Assembly: GCA_963759785.1 (NCBI GenBank)
Contig: CAVXAM010000006.1
Coordinates: forward strand, 18,389 to 82,388
DNA length: 64,000 nucleotides
From: an uncultured Chloroflexia bacterium
GTDB lineage: Bacteria > Chloroflexota > Dehalococcoidia > Dehalococcoidales > RBG-16-60-22
Direction: 5' to 3'
Position numbers and translations under genes: made by a program. Within the stretch, counting starts at the first letter, position 1. The number at the start of each line of letters is the position of its first letter. The notes beneath the pieces were generated by a model that was not told where the DNA came from, did not search any database, and was given only the letters and a program-made list of their open reading frames with translations. Below, piece by piece: positions 9,960 to 18,949 of the stretch.

Positions 9960-10164
9960 TGTCTTCTCTCGATTTCATATTTATTTCGGTAATTCCTAGG
10001 TTCTGGCGCAATTTTATTCTATTTACATTTACATTGTCAAAAAAATGTGACGTTTTTGTGATGATTGCAAACTATTTTGTGATTGTAACGTTACATATAA
10101 TAGTTAGACTTTTTTCAAGTAAAACACTTGAAACGATTTATATAAAAGGCATAAAAGGAGCAAT

Positions 10165-10335
10165 TTGCGTATTATTAAGCTCAAAGGCTGCAAGCGGTGC
10201 GGCGGTGATTTGGTTTTAGACCGGGACTACGAAGGCTCTTATATTACTTGTCTACAATGCAGCGCCATTTACGTTAAAATTCAGCCAACTTTGGCGAAAA
10301 AGCCCGAGCCAAAGAAAATCTACGCCCGCGTGTAA
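10165..10335 (+). CDS. Small Zn-ribbon protein, 56 aa (not in ORF track)
   Basis: AAAGGAG RBS + TTG; MRIIKLKGCKRCGGDLVLDRDYEGSYITCLQCSAIY... Confidence 0.75.
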   Translation: MRIIKLKGCKRCGGDLVLDRDYEGSYITCLQCSAIYVKIQPTLAKKPEPKKIYARV

Positions 10336-10343
10336 AGAGGGTT

Positions 10344-10982
10344 TTATTTCTCGTCCTTCGTCTCTTCACTCTCACTTTTTTCGCGTTCTCTAATCCAGCG
10401 TTTGATATCGTCCAAAGCGGGTGGGGATACATAAAAAACCTGGATATCCGGCGGAAACTGTACCTGATGGTTTTCCCGCATCAGCACCAAGCCAATCTCA
10501 TTCTCTTTTAAAGTCTCATCTATTTTTTTCGCCAAGGACTCATTGCGTTTTTTCCCGACATCAGAATAGAATTCGTATATCTTCGTGATTACTTTAGGAT
10601 TCAGCAAGCCTACTAACAGACAGCGACTCCAATCCATAAATTCAGTAAGGACTTCATTATCCTCGAAGGCTTCCAGGCTGGCTTTTTTATCCAGGCAGAC
10701 TTTAACGATTTTCTGGCTTGATTTATTTAAGTCCTTAAGCGTCTTTAAACCGTTTTCTCCGGAATCAGCTATCAGCTCATGGAATATCTTATTGACTTCG
10801 CCGAGTTTCGATGACAGTTCGATAATCTGCTGCTCAACCTGTTCCCAGTATTTATTAAGTTTTTTATTATAGTCTTCCGGCGAATCTTCGCCGGTATAAA
10901 GAACCGGCACGAAAAATATCTTGCGGCCTGTTTTAAAGCTTTCTACTGGCGGTTTTTCAATTTTCCCTAGTTCTTGCGTCAT
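10344..10982 (-). CDS. Hypothetical protein
   Basis: Start MTQELG after AAGGA RBS; the longer track ORF overlaps the upstream gene. Confidence 0.7.
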   Translation of the reverse strand: MTQELGKIEKPPVESFKTGRKIFFVPVLYTGEDSPEDYNKKLNKYWEQVEQQIIELSSKLGEVNKIFHELIADSGENGLKTLKDLNKSSQKIVKVCLDKKASLEAFEDNEVLTEFMDWSRCLLVGLLNPKVITKIYEFYSDVGKKRNESLAKKIDETLKENEIGLVLMRENHQVQFPPDIQVFYVSPPALDDIKRWIREREKSESEETKDEK

Positions 10983-11017
10983 AGCATCCTTTGTTAGATT
11001 TGTAATATCAAATATGT

Positions 11018-11356
11018 TTACTGAATAGTCTTTTCGCACTCGCTGCAAACGAAAATGACCGGCCGAAATCGTTTGATTACTTTCATCTCGGAAATCGGTT
11101 TTTGCTTTTCGCAAAGACGGCACTTAAAAGTGACCCCCGAAACAGGAGAGGATATTTTTGACTTCGTTTCGATTTTAGGTTTCACCTCTATTTTAGATTT
11201 GGTAACGGCTTTGGACTTTGTTATAACTTTAGGTTTGGCGGTAATATTAGGTTTCTTCTGGGTTTTAGGTTTTATTACGCTTTTAGGTTTCGTTTTTATT
11301 TTTGGTTTAGCTGGACTTTTGGGATTAGCTTTACTTTTGGATTTCGCTTCAGCCAT
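11018..11356 (-). CDS. Lysine-rich repeat protein with C-terminal CxxC..CxxC domain
   Basis: AAAGGAG RBS; about 11 K[PS]Kxxx hexapeptides, then CRLC...CSEC. Confidence 0.75.
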   Translation of the reverse strand: MAEAKSKSKANPKSPAKPKIKTKPKSVIKPKTQKKPNITAKPKVITKSKAVTKSKIEVKPKIETKSKISSPVSGVTFKCRLCEKQKPISEMKVIKRFRPVIFVCSECEKTIQ

Positions 11357-11515
11357 AACGACTCCTTTAGGACAGATTTATTTCCCGTCTCTTTTAGAAT
11401 AAGGAAGCTGATATCTATCTAAGTTACTTTAATAGGCATAGGGTCAAAAAGTCAACTTTTGGGCACGCTATTTTCAGTATTGTCAAACTAATAAAACTTT
11501 CTATATACTATTTAT

Positions 11516-12703
11516 ATGGAATCAATACTTCACAGCACAGAATTCCAGATGAGCCTGCTGATGTTTGTAGCATTAGCGGGTTACCTGATTGCCTACCGGA
11601 TAAACCAGTCGGCAGTAGTAGGGATTATCCTGGCAGGCATTTTTGTCGGCCCAAGCTTACTTAGGTGGGTGACCTATACTGACTTCGTGTCCACTTTGGC
11701 ACATCTTGGCGCTATCGTTCTCTTATTTACCATCGGGCTTGAATTCAACATCAAAGATATTTTTAAAGTTAAGTATTTTATAATTGCCCTTTGTGGTATT
11801 ATCGTGCCCGCTTTAGGAGGTTTCTTCTTAGCCAAGCTATTTGATTACGATTTCAACGCCTCTATTATCATCGGTACCGCCCTCACCGCTACCAGCATCG
11901 CTATCACCGCCAATGTTTTAAGGGAAATGGGTAAACTGCAGACCGAAACCGCTAAAGCTATTATCGGCGCCGCTGTTATCGATGATGTACTTGCTTTGCT
12001 GGTTTTATCATTCTCGGAGGGTCTGGTTTCCGGTGATCTAACGGTAGTGTCAATATTGATTACAGCGGCTAAAGCGGTAGGATTTATTATCGTGGGAATT
12101 TTAGCCGGCAAATACATATTCAGCAAACTTTTAGTTCGACTGGATTGCACAAAGATATGTGCGAAATATCCGGAATCTATTTTCATAGCCACGATAATGG
12201 TGGCTTTTCTTTATGCCTTGGCAGCCGAACTAGTTGGTTTATCGGCTATCGTCGGCTCATTTCTTGCCGGATCATCATTCGCCGGCATTAAGTTAACCAA
12301 AGAAAAAATCTTTAAAGAAGGGGCGGAACATCTGCAGATAATATTCGCCTCCATCTTCTTTGTGTCATTGGGTATTATCATGGACCTCCATGAGATGACC
12401 TGGAATGTACTTTGGTTTACATTAGCGTTAACCGCAGTAGCAATGGTTACTAAGGTTATCGGCTGCGGTGTGCCGGCATTGACACAGCGAATGAACACTA
12501 AAGACTCTCTGATTATCGGCACCGGGATGGTTCCTCGCGGCGAAGTAGCAATGATTGTGTCGTTAATCGGGTTGAATCAGGGTTTAATTAACCAGAGTAC
12601 TTACTCCGCCTTGATTTTAATGAGTCTGTTAACGACGATTATACCGCCCTTAATTTTAAGAAACTGGCTTTATAGACACCAAACCCCCAAAATATCCGCC
12701 TAA
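11516..12703 (+). CDS. Cation:proton antiporter (CPA2/KefB-NapA family)
   Basis: LLFTIGLE, ATSIAIT, AAVIDD, MVPRGEVA; about 12 TM helices. Confidence 0.92.
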   Translation: MESILHSTEFQMSLLMFVALAGYLIAYRINQSAVVGIILAGIFVGPSLLRWVTYTDFVSTLAHLGAIVLLFTIGLEFNIKDIFKVKYFIIALCGIIVPALGGFFLAKLFDYDFNASIIIGTALTATSIAITANVLREMGKLQTETAKAIIGAAVIDDVLALLVLSFSEGLVSGDLTVVSILITAAKAVGFIIVGILAGKYIFSKLLVRLDCTKICAKYPESIFIATIMVAFLYALAAELVGLSAIVGSFLAGSSFAGIKLTKEKIFKEGAEHLQIIFASIFFVSLGIIMDLHEMTWNVLWFTLALTAVAMVTKVIGCGVPALTQRMNTKDSLIIGTGMVPRGEVAMIVSLIGLNQGLINQSTYSALILMSLLTTIIPPLILRNWLYRHQTPKISA

Positions 12704-12783
12704 TTCCTGAAAATAAAATCCGTGTCAGACGCTTCAATCATCTTGCGAACAACTATGAATTTACAGTATAATTTAGGTAATTA

Positions 12784-12856
12784 GCCCCTGTAGCTCAGGT
12801 GGATAGAGCACCAGCCTCCGGAGCTGGCTGCGAGCGTTCGAGTCGCTCCAGGGGCA
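12784..12856 (+). tRNA. tRNA-Arg(CCG)
   Basis: Anticodon arm CCAGC-CTCCGGA-GCTGG; acceptor GCCCCTG/CAGGGGC. Confidence 0.93.
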
Positions 12857-12877
12857 GTTTTACGTTATGGAGCTAAA

Positions 12878-13441
12878 ATGACTCAAGAAAAAAGCCTTGT
12901 CGAAATTCGGTGGCACGGTCGCGGCGGTCAAGGGGCGGTAACCTCTACGGAAATGCTAGCCCAGGCGGCTATCGCCGAAGGTAAATATGCGCAAGCCTTC
13001 CCAAGCTTTGGTCCGGAGCGGCGAGGTGCGCCGGTGCAGGCATTCAACCGAGTCGACAGTCGCGAACCGGTACGCATTAGAGCTGATATCACCGAACCTG
13101 ACCATATCGTCGTCCTCGACCCCGGCCTGCTGGGCAAAGTCAACGTAACATCCGGGCTCAAGAAGGGCGGCTATGTTATCGTCAACACTCGCAAAACCCC
13201 TAAAGAAATTCAGACCGAGTTTAAGATTGATTTCCCGGTGGCGACCGTTAACGCCACCAAAATCGCCCGCGAGGTTTTAGGCGTGCCTATCGTCAACAGT
13301 GCGATGCTGGGCGCCATGATCAAAGTCACTAAAATCGTCGATAAAAAATCGACCCATGAACCTCTTGAAAAGCGTTTCGGTAGGCTGGGCGAACGCAATA
13401 TCAAAGCGATGGAAACCGCTTACGAACAAGTAGCATTTTAG
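12878..13441 (+). CDS. porC: Pyruvate/2-oxoacid:ferredoxin oxidoreductase gamma subunit
   Basis: HGRGGQGAVT, FGPERRGAPV. Confidence 0.93.
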   Translation: MTQEKSLVEIRWHGRGGQGAVTSTEMLAQAAIAEGKYAQAFPSFGPERRGAPVQAFNRVDSREPVRIRADITEPDHIVVLDPGLLGKVNVTSGLKKGGYVIVNTRKTPKEIQTEFKIDFPVATVNATKIAREVLGVPIVNSAMLGAMIKVTKIVDKKSTHEPLEKRFGRLGERNIKAMETAYEQVAF

Positions 13442-13451
13442 GAGCAAATAA

Positions 13452-13745
13452 ATGGCAAAATCCGAAAGCGAAATGACCTGGAAAGATATTGAAATCGGTT
13501 GTATCGTTACCGAGATGGCCGGCGGACGCGCCCATGAAAGCGGCACCTGGCGCTCGCAGCGTCCCACCTACGATTTTACGAGATGTATCAAATGCGGCCT
13601 CTGCTCGCTATATTGTCCCGAAGGCTGTATCGAGCCAAATAAAGACGGCTATTTCGAAGCCAATTTATTTTACTGTAAAGGCTGCGGCGTCTGTGCTAAA
13701 GAATGCTGGCCCAGAGTGATTAAGATGGTTGAGGAGGTAGAGTAA
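13452..13745 (+). CDS. porD: Pyruvate/2-oxoacid:ferredoxin oxidoreductase delta subunit (2x[4Fe-4S])
   Basis: GTWRSQRP, CIKCGLCSLYCP, CKGCGVCAKEC. Confidence 0.93.
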   Translation: MAKSESEMTWKDIEIGCIVTEMAGGRAHESGTWRSQRPTYDFTRCIKCGLCSLYCPEGCIEPNKDGYFEANLFYCKGCGVCAKECWPRVIKMVEEVE

Positions 13746-14921
13746 ATGGCAACCAGAATCGGTGTTGAAGTCTCTATCGCCATTGCCGACGTGGTAAAAC
13801 TCTGTAATCCGGACGTCGTAGCGGCTTATCCCATTACTCCTCAAACGCACATCGTCGAGCACCTGGCTGAACTGGTCGCTAACGGCGAGCTGGATGCCGA
13901 ATACATACCCGTGGAGTCGGAGCATTCAGCGATGAGCGTCTGCCTCGGTTCGGCAGCGGCTGGCGCCCGCACCTATACCGCCACCTCCGCCCAAGGACTG
14001 GCTCTAATGAACGAGGTAGTTTACGTCGCCGCTCCGATGCGCCTGCCGGTAATTATGGCGGTAGCCAACCGGGCATTATCCGCTCCTCTAAGCATCTGGG
14101 GCGACCATTCCGATATGATGTCTGTCCGTGATACCGGCTGGATACAGATTATTACGGAAAACGGACAGCAAGCTATTGATAATACAATTATCGCTTTCCG
14201 CGTCGGTGAAGACCCGAGCGTCCTCCTACCAGTGATGGTACATCTAGACGGCTTTAACCTGACACACGTCGTCGAGCCGATTTTACTTCCGGAACAGGCG
14301 GATGTTAACAAATTCCTGCCTAAAAATCGATTCCCATTACCGTTAAATCCCGATAGACCGGTAGCGATGGGCGGTTTCGCCGCACCGAATATATTTATGG
14401 AAGCGAAATGGGCGCAGGAAGTTAATATACGTAACTCCAAAAAAGTCATCCTGCAAGCCTGGGATGAGTTCAGCAAAATATTCGGGCGGAAATACTCGCC
14501 GGTCGAAAAATACCAAAGCGACGGCGCTAAAGTCCTGATTATGACGATGGGCAGCAGTGGCGAGACGGCTTCCGTCGCTATCGATGAGCTTCGCAAAGAA
14601 GGTATAGACGTTGGGCAAATCAGGTTGCGTCTCTGGCGACCCTTCCCCTTTGAAGAATTGCGCGAAGCGGTCAAAGACGCCGACGTCCTTATCGTGATGG
14701 ATAGGGCGATATCCTTCGGCGGACCGGGCGGACCGGTTGCTTCCGAGGTTAAAGCCGCCCTTTATAATCAAGCTAAACGACCTAAGATAGTCAGTTACGT
14801 TATCAGCCTCGGCGGACGTGACACGACGGTATCCGGCTTTAAAAACATTATCCAACAAGGCACCGAAATCGGTGCCAAAGGTAGTAAGAATGAATATGAG
14901 ATTTACGGGGTGAGGGAATAA
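13746..14921 (+). CDS. porA: Pyruvate/2-oxoacid:ferredoxin oxidoreductase alpha subunit
   Basis: AYPITPQT, VESEHSA, TATSAQGL. Confidence 0.95.
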   Translation: MATRIGVEVSIAIADVVKLCNPDVVAAYPITPQTHIVEHLAELVANGELDAEYIPVESEHSAMSVCLGSAAAGARTYTATSAQGLALMNEVVYVAAPMRLPVIMAVANRALSAPLSIWGDHSDMMSVRDTGWIQIITENGQQAIDNTIIAFRVGEDPSVLLPVMVHLDGFNLTHVVEPILLPEQADVNKFLPKNRFPLPLNPDRPVAMGGFAAPNIFMEAKWAQEVNIRNSKKVILQAWDEFSKIFGRKYSPVEKYQSDGAKVLIMTMGSSGETASVAIDELRKEGIDVGQIRLRLWRPFPFEELREAVKDADVLIVMDRAISFGGPGGPVASEVKAALYNQAKRPKIVSYVISLGGRDTTVSGFKNIIQQGTEIGAKGSKNEYEIYGVRE

Positions 14922-15859
14922 TGGAAAAATACGCTGTATATGTTCCCCGGCTGGTCAAAAGAGAAGAGAATTTCGCGCCCGGACACCGCGCCTGTATCGG
15001 CTGCGGCGAAGCGCTGGCGATTCGGCAGACCTTTAAAGCTTTAGATAATAACATCATCGTCGTTAACGCCACCGGCTGCGCCGAGATTTTCGGCGGTCAG
15101 TTTCCTAACGTAGCCTGGCAGCTACCTTGGATACATACACTATTTGAGAATACCGCTGCGGTAGCTTCCGGTGTTGAAGCTGCCTATAAAGCGATGCGGC
15201 GTAAAGGCATTAAACTACCAGAAAAAACCAAAGTCGTTGCTATCGGCGGCGATGGCGGTACCAGCGATATCGGCCTTCAGGCACTTTCCGGGGCACTGGA
15301 GCGAGGGCATGATTTTACCTACATCTGCTTCGATAATGAAGCCTACATGAATACCGGTGTCCAGCGTTCTTCTTCAACACCATTCGGCGCGTCGACGACG
15401 ACATCGCCCGCCGGTAAAAAGAGCATCGGTCAGTTCAGCTGGAAGAAGAATATGCCGGAGATTGTCGTCGCCCATAATATCCCTTACGTCGCTACGGCAA
15501 CCCATGGTTATCCCTTCGACCTGATGGCTAAAGTGGCTAAAGCCGTCGCGACTCCCGGTCCGGCTTATGTTCACGTGCTAGCGGTTTGTCCGACTGGTTG
15601 GGGAAGCCCCACCGATACTATCAACCGCCAGGCTCGTTTAGCTGTACAGACCGGCGTCTTCCCGCTTTACGAAGTAGAAAACGGCGTGTACAGGATAACC
15701 GTTGAAACGCCGCAATTAAGACCAATCACGGACTACACAAGTGTACAGCGTAGATTCCGTCATTTAAGTGAAGATATCCTCGCCAAGATACAAAAGCGCG
15801 TGGAACTGGAATATCAAAAACTACTGGAGAAGACGAAACATGGCAGCAAAAAAGTTTAA
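14921..15859 (+). CDS. porB: Pyruvate/2-oxoacid:ferredoxin oxidoreductase beta subunit
   Basis: GHRACIGCG, TPP-binding GGDGG...DNEAYMNTG, CPTGW. Confidence 0.95.
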   Translation: MEKYAVYVPRLVKREENFAPGHRACIGCGEALAIRQTFKALDNNIIVVNATGCAEIFGGQFPNVAWQLPWIHTLFENTAAVASGVEAAYKAMRRKGIKLPEKTKVVAIGGDGGTSDIGLQALSGALERGHDFTYICFDNEAYMNTGVQRSSSTPFGASTTTSPAGKKSIGQFSWKKNMPEIVVAHNIPYVATATHGYPFDLMAKVAKAVATPGPAYVHVLAVCPTGWGSPTDTINRQARLAVQTGVFPLYEVENGVYRITVETPQLRPITDYTSVQRRFRHLSEDILAKIQKRVELEYQKLLEKTKHGSKKV

Positions 15860-16304
15860 AGAGCAAGTGCGACAGGTCTTAGAGAAATACGCTAATGATA
15901 AATCGGCGCTGATTGATATCCTGCATGATACCCAGGCAGCTATCGGCTATCTTCCTAAAGAAACGCTGGAAGAAATTCACCAGGGTTTAAACGTTCCGTT
16001 AAGCCGCGTTTATAGCGTCGCCACCTTTTTTAAAGCCTTCTCCCTGACGCCCAGGGGACGCAACTTGATAAACGTTTGCATGGGCACTGCCTGCCATGTC
16101 CGTGGCTCTGATAAAGTCTTATCACAGATTGAAAAAGAACTGGGCATCAAAAATGGCGAAAACACCCCCGACCTCAAGTTCACCTTAGAAACCGTCAACT
16201 GCGTCGGCGCCTGCGCTCTAGGCCCGATGTTGATTATCGGCGAAGACTATAACGGCGAGATGACGCCGGAAAAAGTCGGCGAAGTCCTAAAGAATTATAG
16301 CTAA
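15840..16304 (+). CDS. NuoE/HydC-like [2Fe-2S] subunit
   Basis: VCMGTACHVRG, VNCVGACALGP; ATG 15840 overlaps the porB end. Confidence 0.92.
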   Translation: MAAKKFKEQVRQVLEKYANDKSALIDILHDTQAAIGYLPKETLEEIHQGLNVPLSRVYSVATFFKAFSLTPRGRNLINVCMGTACHVRGSDKVLSQIEKELGIKNGENTPDLKFTLETVNCVGACALGPMLIIGEDYNGEMTPEKVGEVLKNYS

Positions 16305-16321
16305 CAACTGGAGGAATTCCC

Positions 16322-18004
16322 GTGGCGAAACTAAAATCCCCCGGCGATTTAGAAGCTCTTAGAAGCTCAATATTAAAACAGAGAGACCCTGCTAAGCCAT
16401 GCATCACCATCTGTAACGGCACCGGCTGCCAGGCATATGGCTCAAAGAGTATCGTGGCGGCTTTCCAGGATGAAGTCAAGAAGCAAAAACTGGAAGATAA
16501 AGTTGACGTTAAAGCCATCGGGTGTCCCGGCTTTTGCGAGCGAGGTACGCTGGTTGTCATTAAACCAAAAGACATATTTTACCAGAGGGTGCGTCCCAAG
16601 GACGTGCCGGAAATCATCACCGAAACTATCGTTAAAGGCGGCGTCGTTAACCGATTGCTTTATACTGACCGCGCTACCAACGAAAAAGTAAACAAAGAAG
16701 GCGATGTACCATTCTATAAAAAGCAGATGCGCTTGATTATCGGCAATAACGGCTTAATCGACCCCACCGTTATTGAAGACTATTTAGCTATCAGCGGCTA
16801 TACTGCGCTGGCTAAAGCCCTCAAAATGATGCCCGAAAACATTATCGAAGAAGTTAAAAAATCGGGGTTAAGGGGTCGGGGAGGGGCAGGGTTTCCAACC
16901 GGCAGTAAGTGGGAGAGCACGCGCAACGCCCACGGCAACATTAAATATGTTATCTGTAACGCCGAGGAAGGCGACCCCGGTGCTTTCGTGAACAGAAGTT
17001 TGATGGAAGGCAACCCGCACAGCGTGCTGGAGGGGATGATTATCGGCGCCTACGCCATCGGCAGTCATGAAGGTTATATCTACATCCGGAACGGATACAC
17101 GCTGGCAACGCGGCACATGCGCCTCGCCCTGGAGCAGGCGGAAACCTACGGCCTACTTGGCGATAATATCCTGGGGTCGGGCTTCAGCTTCAATATTAAG
17201 ATAAAACGCGGCGGCGGTGCCTACGTCTGCGGCGAATCCACGGCTTTAATGGCATCTCTGGAAGGTAGGGTAGGGGAACCGCGCGCCAAGTATATCCATA
17301 CTTCGGAGCAGGGTCTCTGGGGCAGGCCCAGCAACCTGAATAACGTCGAAACCTGGGCTAATATACCTTTAATTATAAATAAAGGTGCCGATTGGTACTC
17401 AAAAATTGGTACAGCTGGCAGCAAGGGTACCAAGATATTCGGCCTGGCCGGCAATGTTAGCAATACCGGTCTTGCTGAAGTGCCGATGGGCACCACCCTG
17501 CGGGAAATCGTCTTCGATATCGGCGGAGGTATTCCCAAGGGACGTAAGTTCAAGGCCGTCCAGACCGGCGGACCCTCCGGCGGTATGATTCCGGAAAATC
17601 TTCTCAACCTACCAGTGGATTTCGATGAGTTGACCAAAGCTGGTTCCATGATGGGTTCCGGCAGTATGATTGTCATGGACGATAAAACCTGCATGGTCGA
17701 TATGGCGCGTTATTACACCACCCTGCTCGAGGGCGAGTCCTGCGGCAAGTGCGTGCCCTGCCGGGAAGGCTTAAGACAGATGGGATACATACTGGACGGC
17801 ATTACCGAGGGGCGGGGTAAAGAAGGCGATATCGAACTCCTCGAAGAACTTTCGGCGACATTGATTGACGCTTCACTCTGCCAACTAGGTCAATCCGCGC
17901 CCAACCCGGTAATAAGTTCGATTAAACATTTTAGAGACGAATACATAGCCCATATTAAAGAAAAGAAATGCCCGGCGGGCGTCTGCAAATTCGGGCAGAA
18001 GTAA
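16322..18004 (+). CDS. NuoF/HydB-like FMN/NAD(P)H-binding subunit
   Basis: GLRGRGGAGFPTG, CNAEEGDPGAF, GGPSGG, ESCGKCVPCREG; N-terminal thioredoxin-like Fe-S domain; no C-terminal 2x[4Fe-4S]. Confidence 0.93.
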   Translation: MAKLKSPGDLEALRSSILKQRDPAKPCITICNGTGCQAYGSKSIVAAFQDEVKKQKLEDKVDVKAIGCPGFCERGTLVVIKPKDIFYQRVRPKDVPEIITETIVKGGVVNRLLYTDRATNEKVNKEGDVPFYKKQMRLIIGNNGLIDPTVIEDYLAISGYTALAKALKMMPENIIEEVKKSGLRGRGGAGFPTGSKWESTRNAHGNIKYVICNAEEGDPGAFVNRSLMEGNPHSVLEGMIIGAYAIGSHEGYIYIRNGYTLATRHMRLALEQAETYGLLGDNILGSGFSFNIKIKRGGGAYVCGESTALMASLEGRVGEPRAKYIHTSEQGLWGRPSNLNNVETWANIPLIINKGADWYSKIGTAGSKGTKIFGLAGNVSNTGLAEVPMGTTLREIVFDIGGGIPKGRKFKAVQTGGPSGGMIPENLLNLPVDFDELTKAGSMMGSGSMIVMDDKTCMVDMARYYTTLLEGESCGKCVPCREGLRQMGYILDGITEGRGKEGDIELLEELSATLIDASLCQLGQSAPNPVISSIKHFRDEYIAHIKEKKCPAGVCKFGQK

Positions 18005-18016
18005 GGATTAGATAAG

Positions 18017-18748
18017 ATGGTAAATATCACCATTAACGGACGACAGCTAAAAACGGAAGAGGGCAAAACGATTCTGGATGCCGCCCGCAAACATAACATC
18101 TACATCCCGACTTTATGCGCCAACGAAGCAGTGGCGCCTTACGGGGCGTGCCGTTTGTGCCTGGTAGAGATAAAAACTGCCCGCGGCAGGGAAAGACTGG
18201 TAACCTCATGTATCTACCTTGTCGAAGAAGGATTAACGGTTCAAACCGACACCGAAAGAATCAAGAAAATACGCTCGATGTTAATGGAGCTGCTATTAGC
18301 GAGATGCCCGGATTCCGAAGAAATACAGAAACTGGCTAAAGAGTTCGGCGTGGCTACGACGCGATTCGTCGAGCAGAACGGTAACAATAAATGCATCCTC
18401 TGCGCCAACTGCGCCCGCACTTGCGAAGAAGTGGTCGGTGTCGCGGCTATCAGCCTGGCTCAACGAGGTGTCGAGCGCGAACTCATTACGCCTTTCAACG
18501 AGGACTTTTCCGAAGCCTGTATCGGCTGCGGTTCCTGTTCGTATAGCTGCCCGACCGGCGCGATAACGATGGAAGATAAAAAAGGCAAACGCGTCATCAA
18601 CTGGCCGCATAACACAATGGAATTTAAACTAAGAAAGTGTTCTAAATGCGGTCAATACTGGGCGCCGGAAAAACAGATTGAATATATCGCTAAAACATCG
18701 GGCACGCCATTAAGCGATTACGATGCCTGCCCCGATTGCCGGGATTAA
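18017..18748 (+). CDS. NuoG/HydA N-terminal-like Fe-S protein without a catalytic domain
   Basis: IPTLC..GACRLC..C, CILCANCARTC, CIGCGSCSYSCP, C-terminal CSKC..CPDC. Confidence 0.88.
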   Translation: MVNITINGRQLKTEEGKTILDAARKHNIYIPTLCANEAVAPYGACRLCLVEIKTARGRERLVTSCIYLVEEGLTVQTDTERIKKIRSMLMELLLARCPDSEEIQKLAKEFGVATTRFVEQNGNNKCILCANCARTCEEVVGVAAISLAQRGVERELITPFNEDFSEACIGCGSCSYSCPTGAITMEDKKGKRVINWPHNTMEFKLRKCSKCGQYWAPEKQIEYIAKTSGTPLSDYDACPDCRD

Positions 18749-18770
18749 TTGTTGATTTGAGTTGTTCTTC

Positions 18771-18797
18771 GAGAGGGGCGATAAGCCCCTCTTTTTG
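18771..18797 (+). terminator. Rho-independent terminator
   Basis: AGAGGGGC-GATAA-GCCCCTCT then TTTT. Confidence 0.8.
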
Positions 18798-18844
18798 TAT
18801 GGTGTATTGCGCACCGTCATGTTTCTCGGCTATACTTTAACGGA

Positions 18845-18923
<79 letters not shown>

Positions 18924-18949
18924 GAAAAATAGGGGATGGTTTACATAAC

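Noticed and set aside
16322-18748. [FeFe]-hydrogenase or formate dehydrogenase call
   Set aside because: No H-cluster, NiFe or molybdopterin-binding domain is encoded
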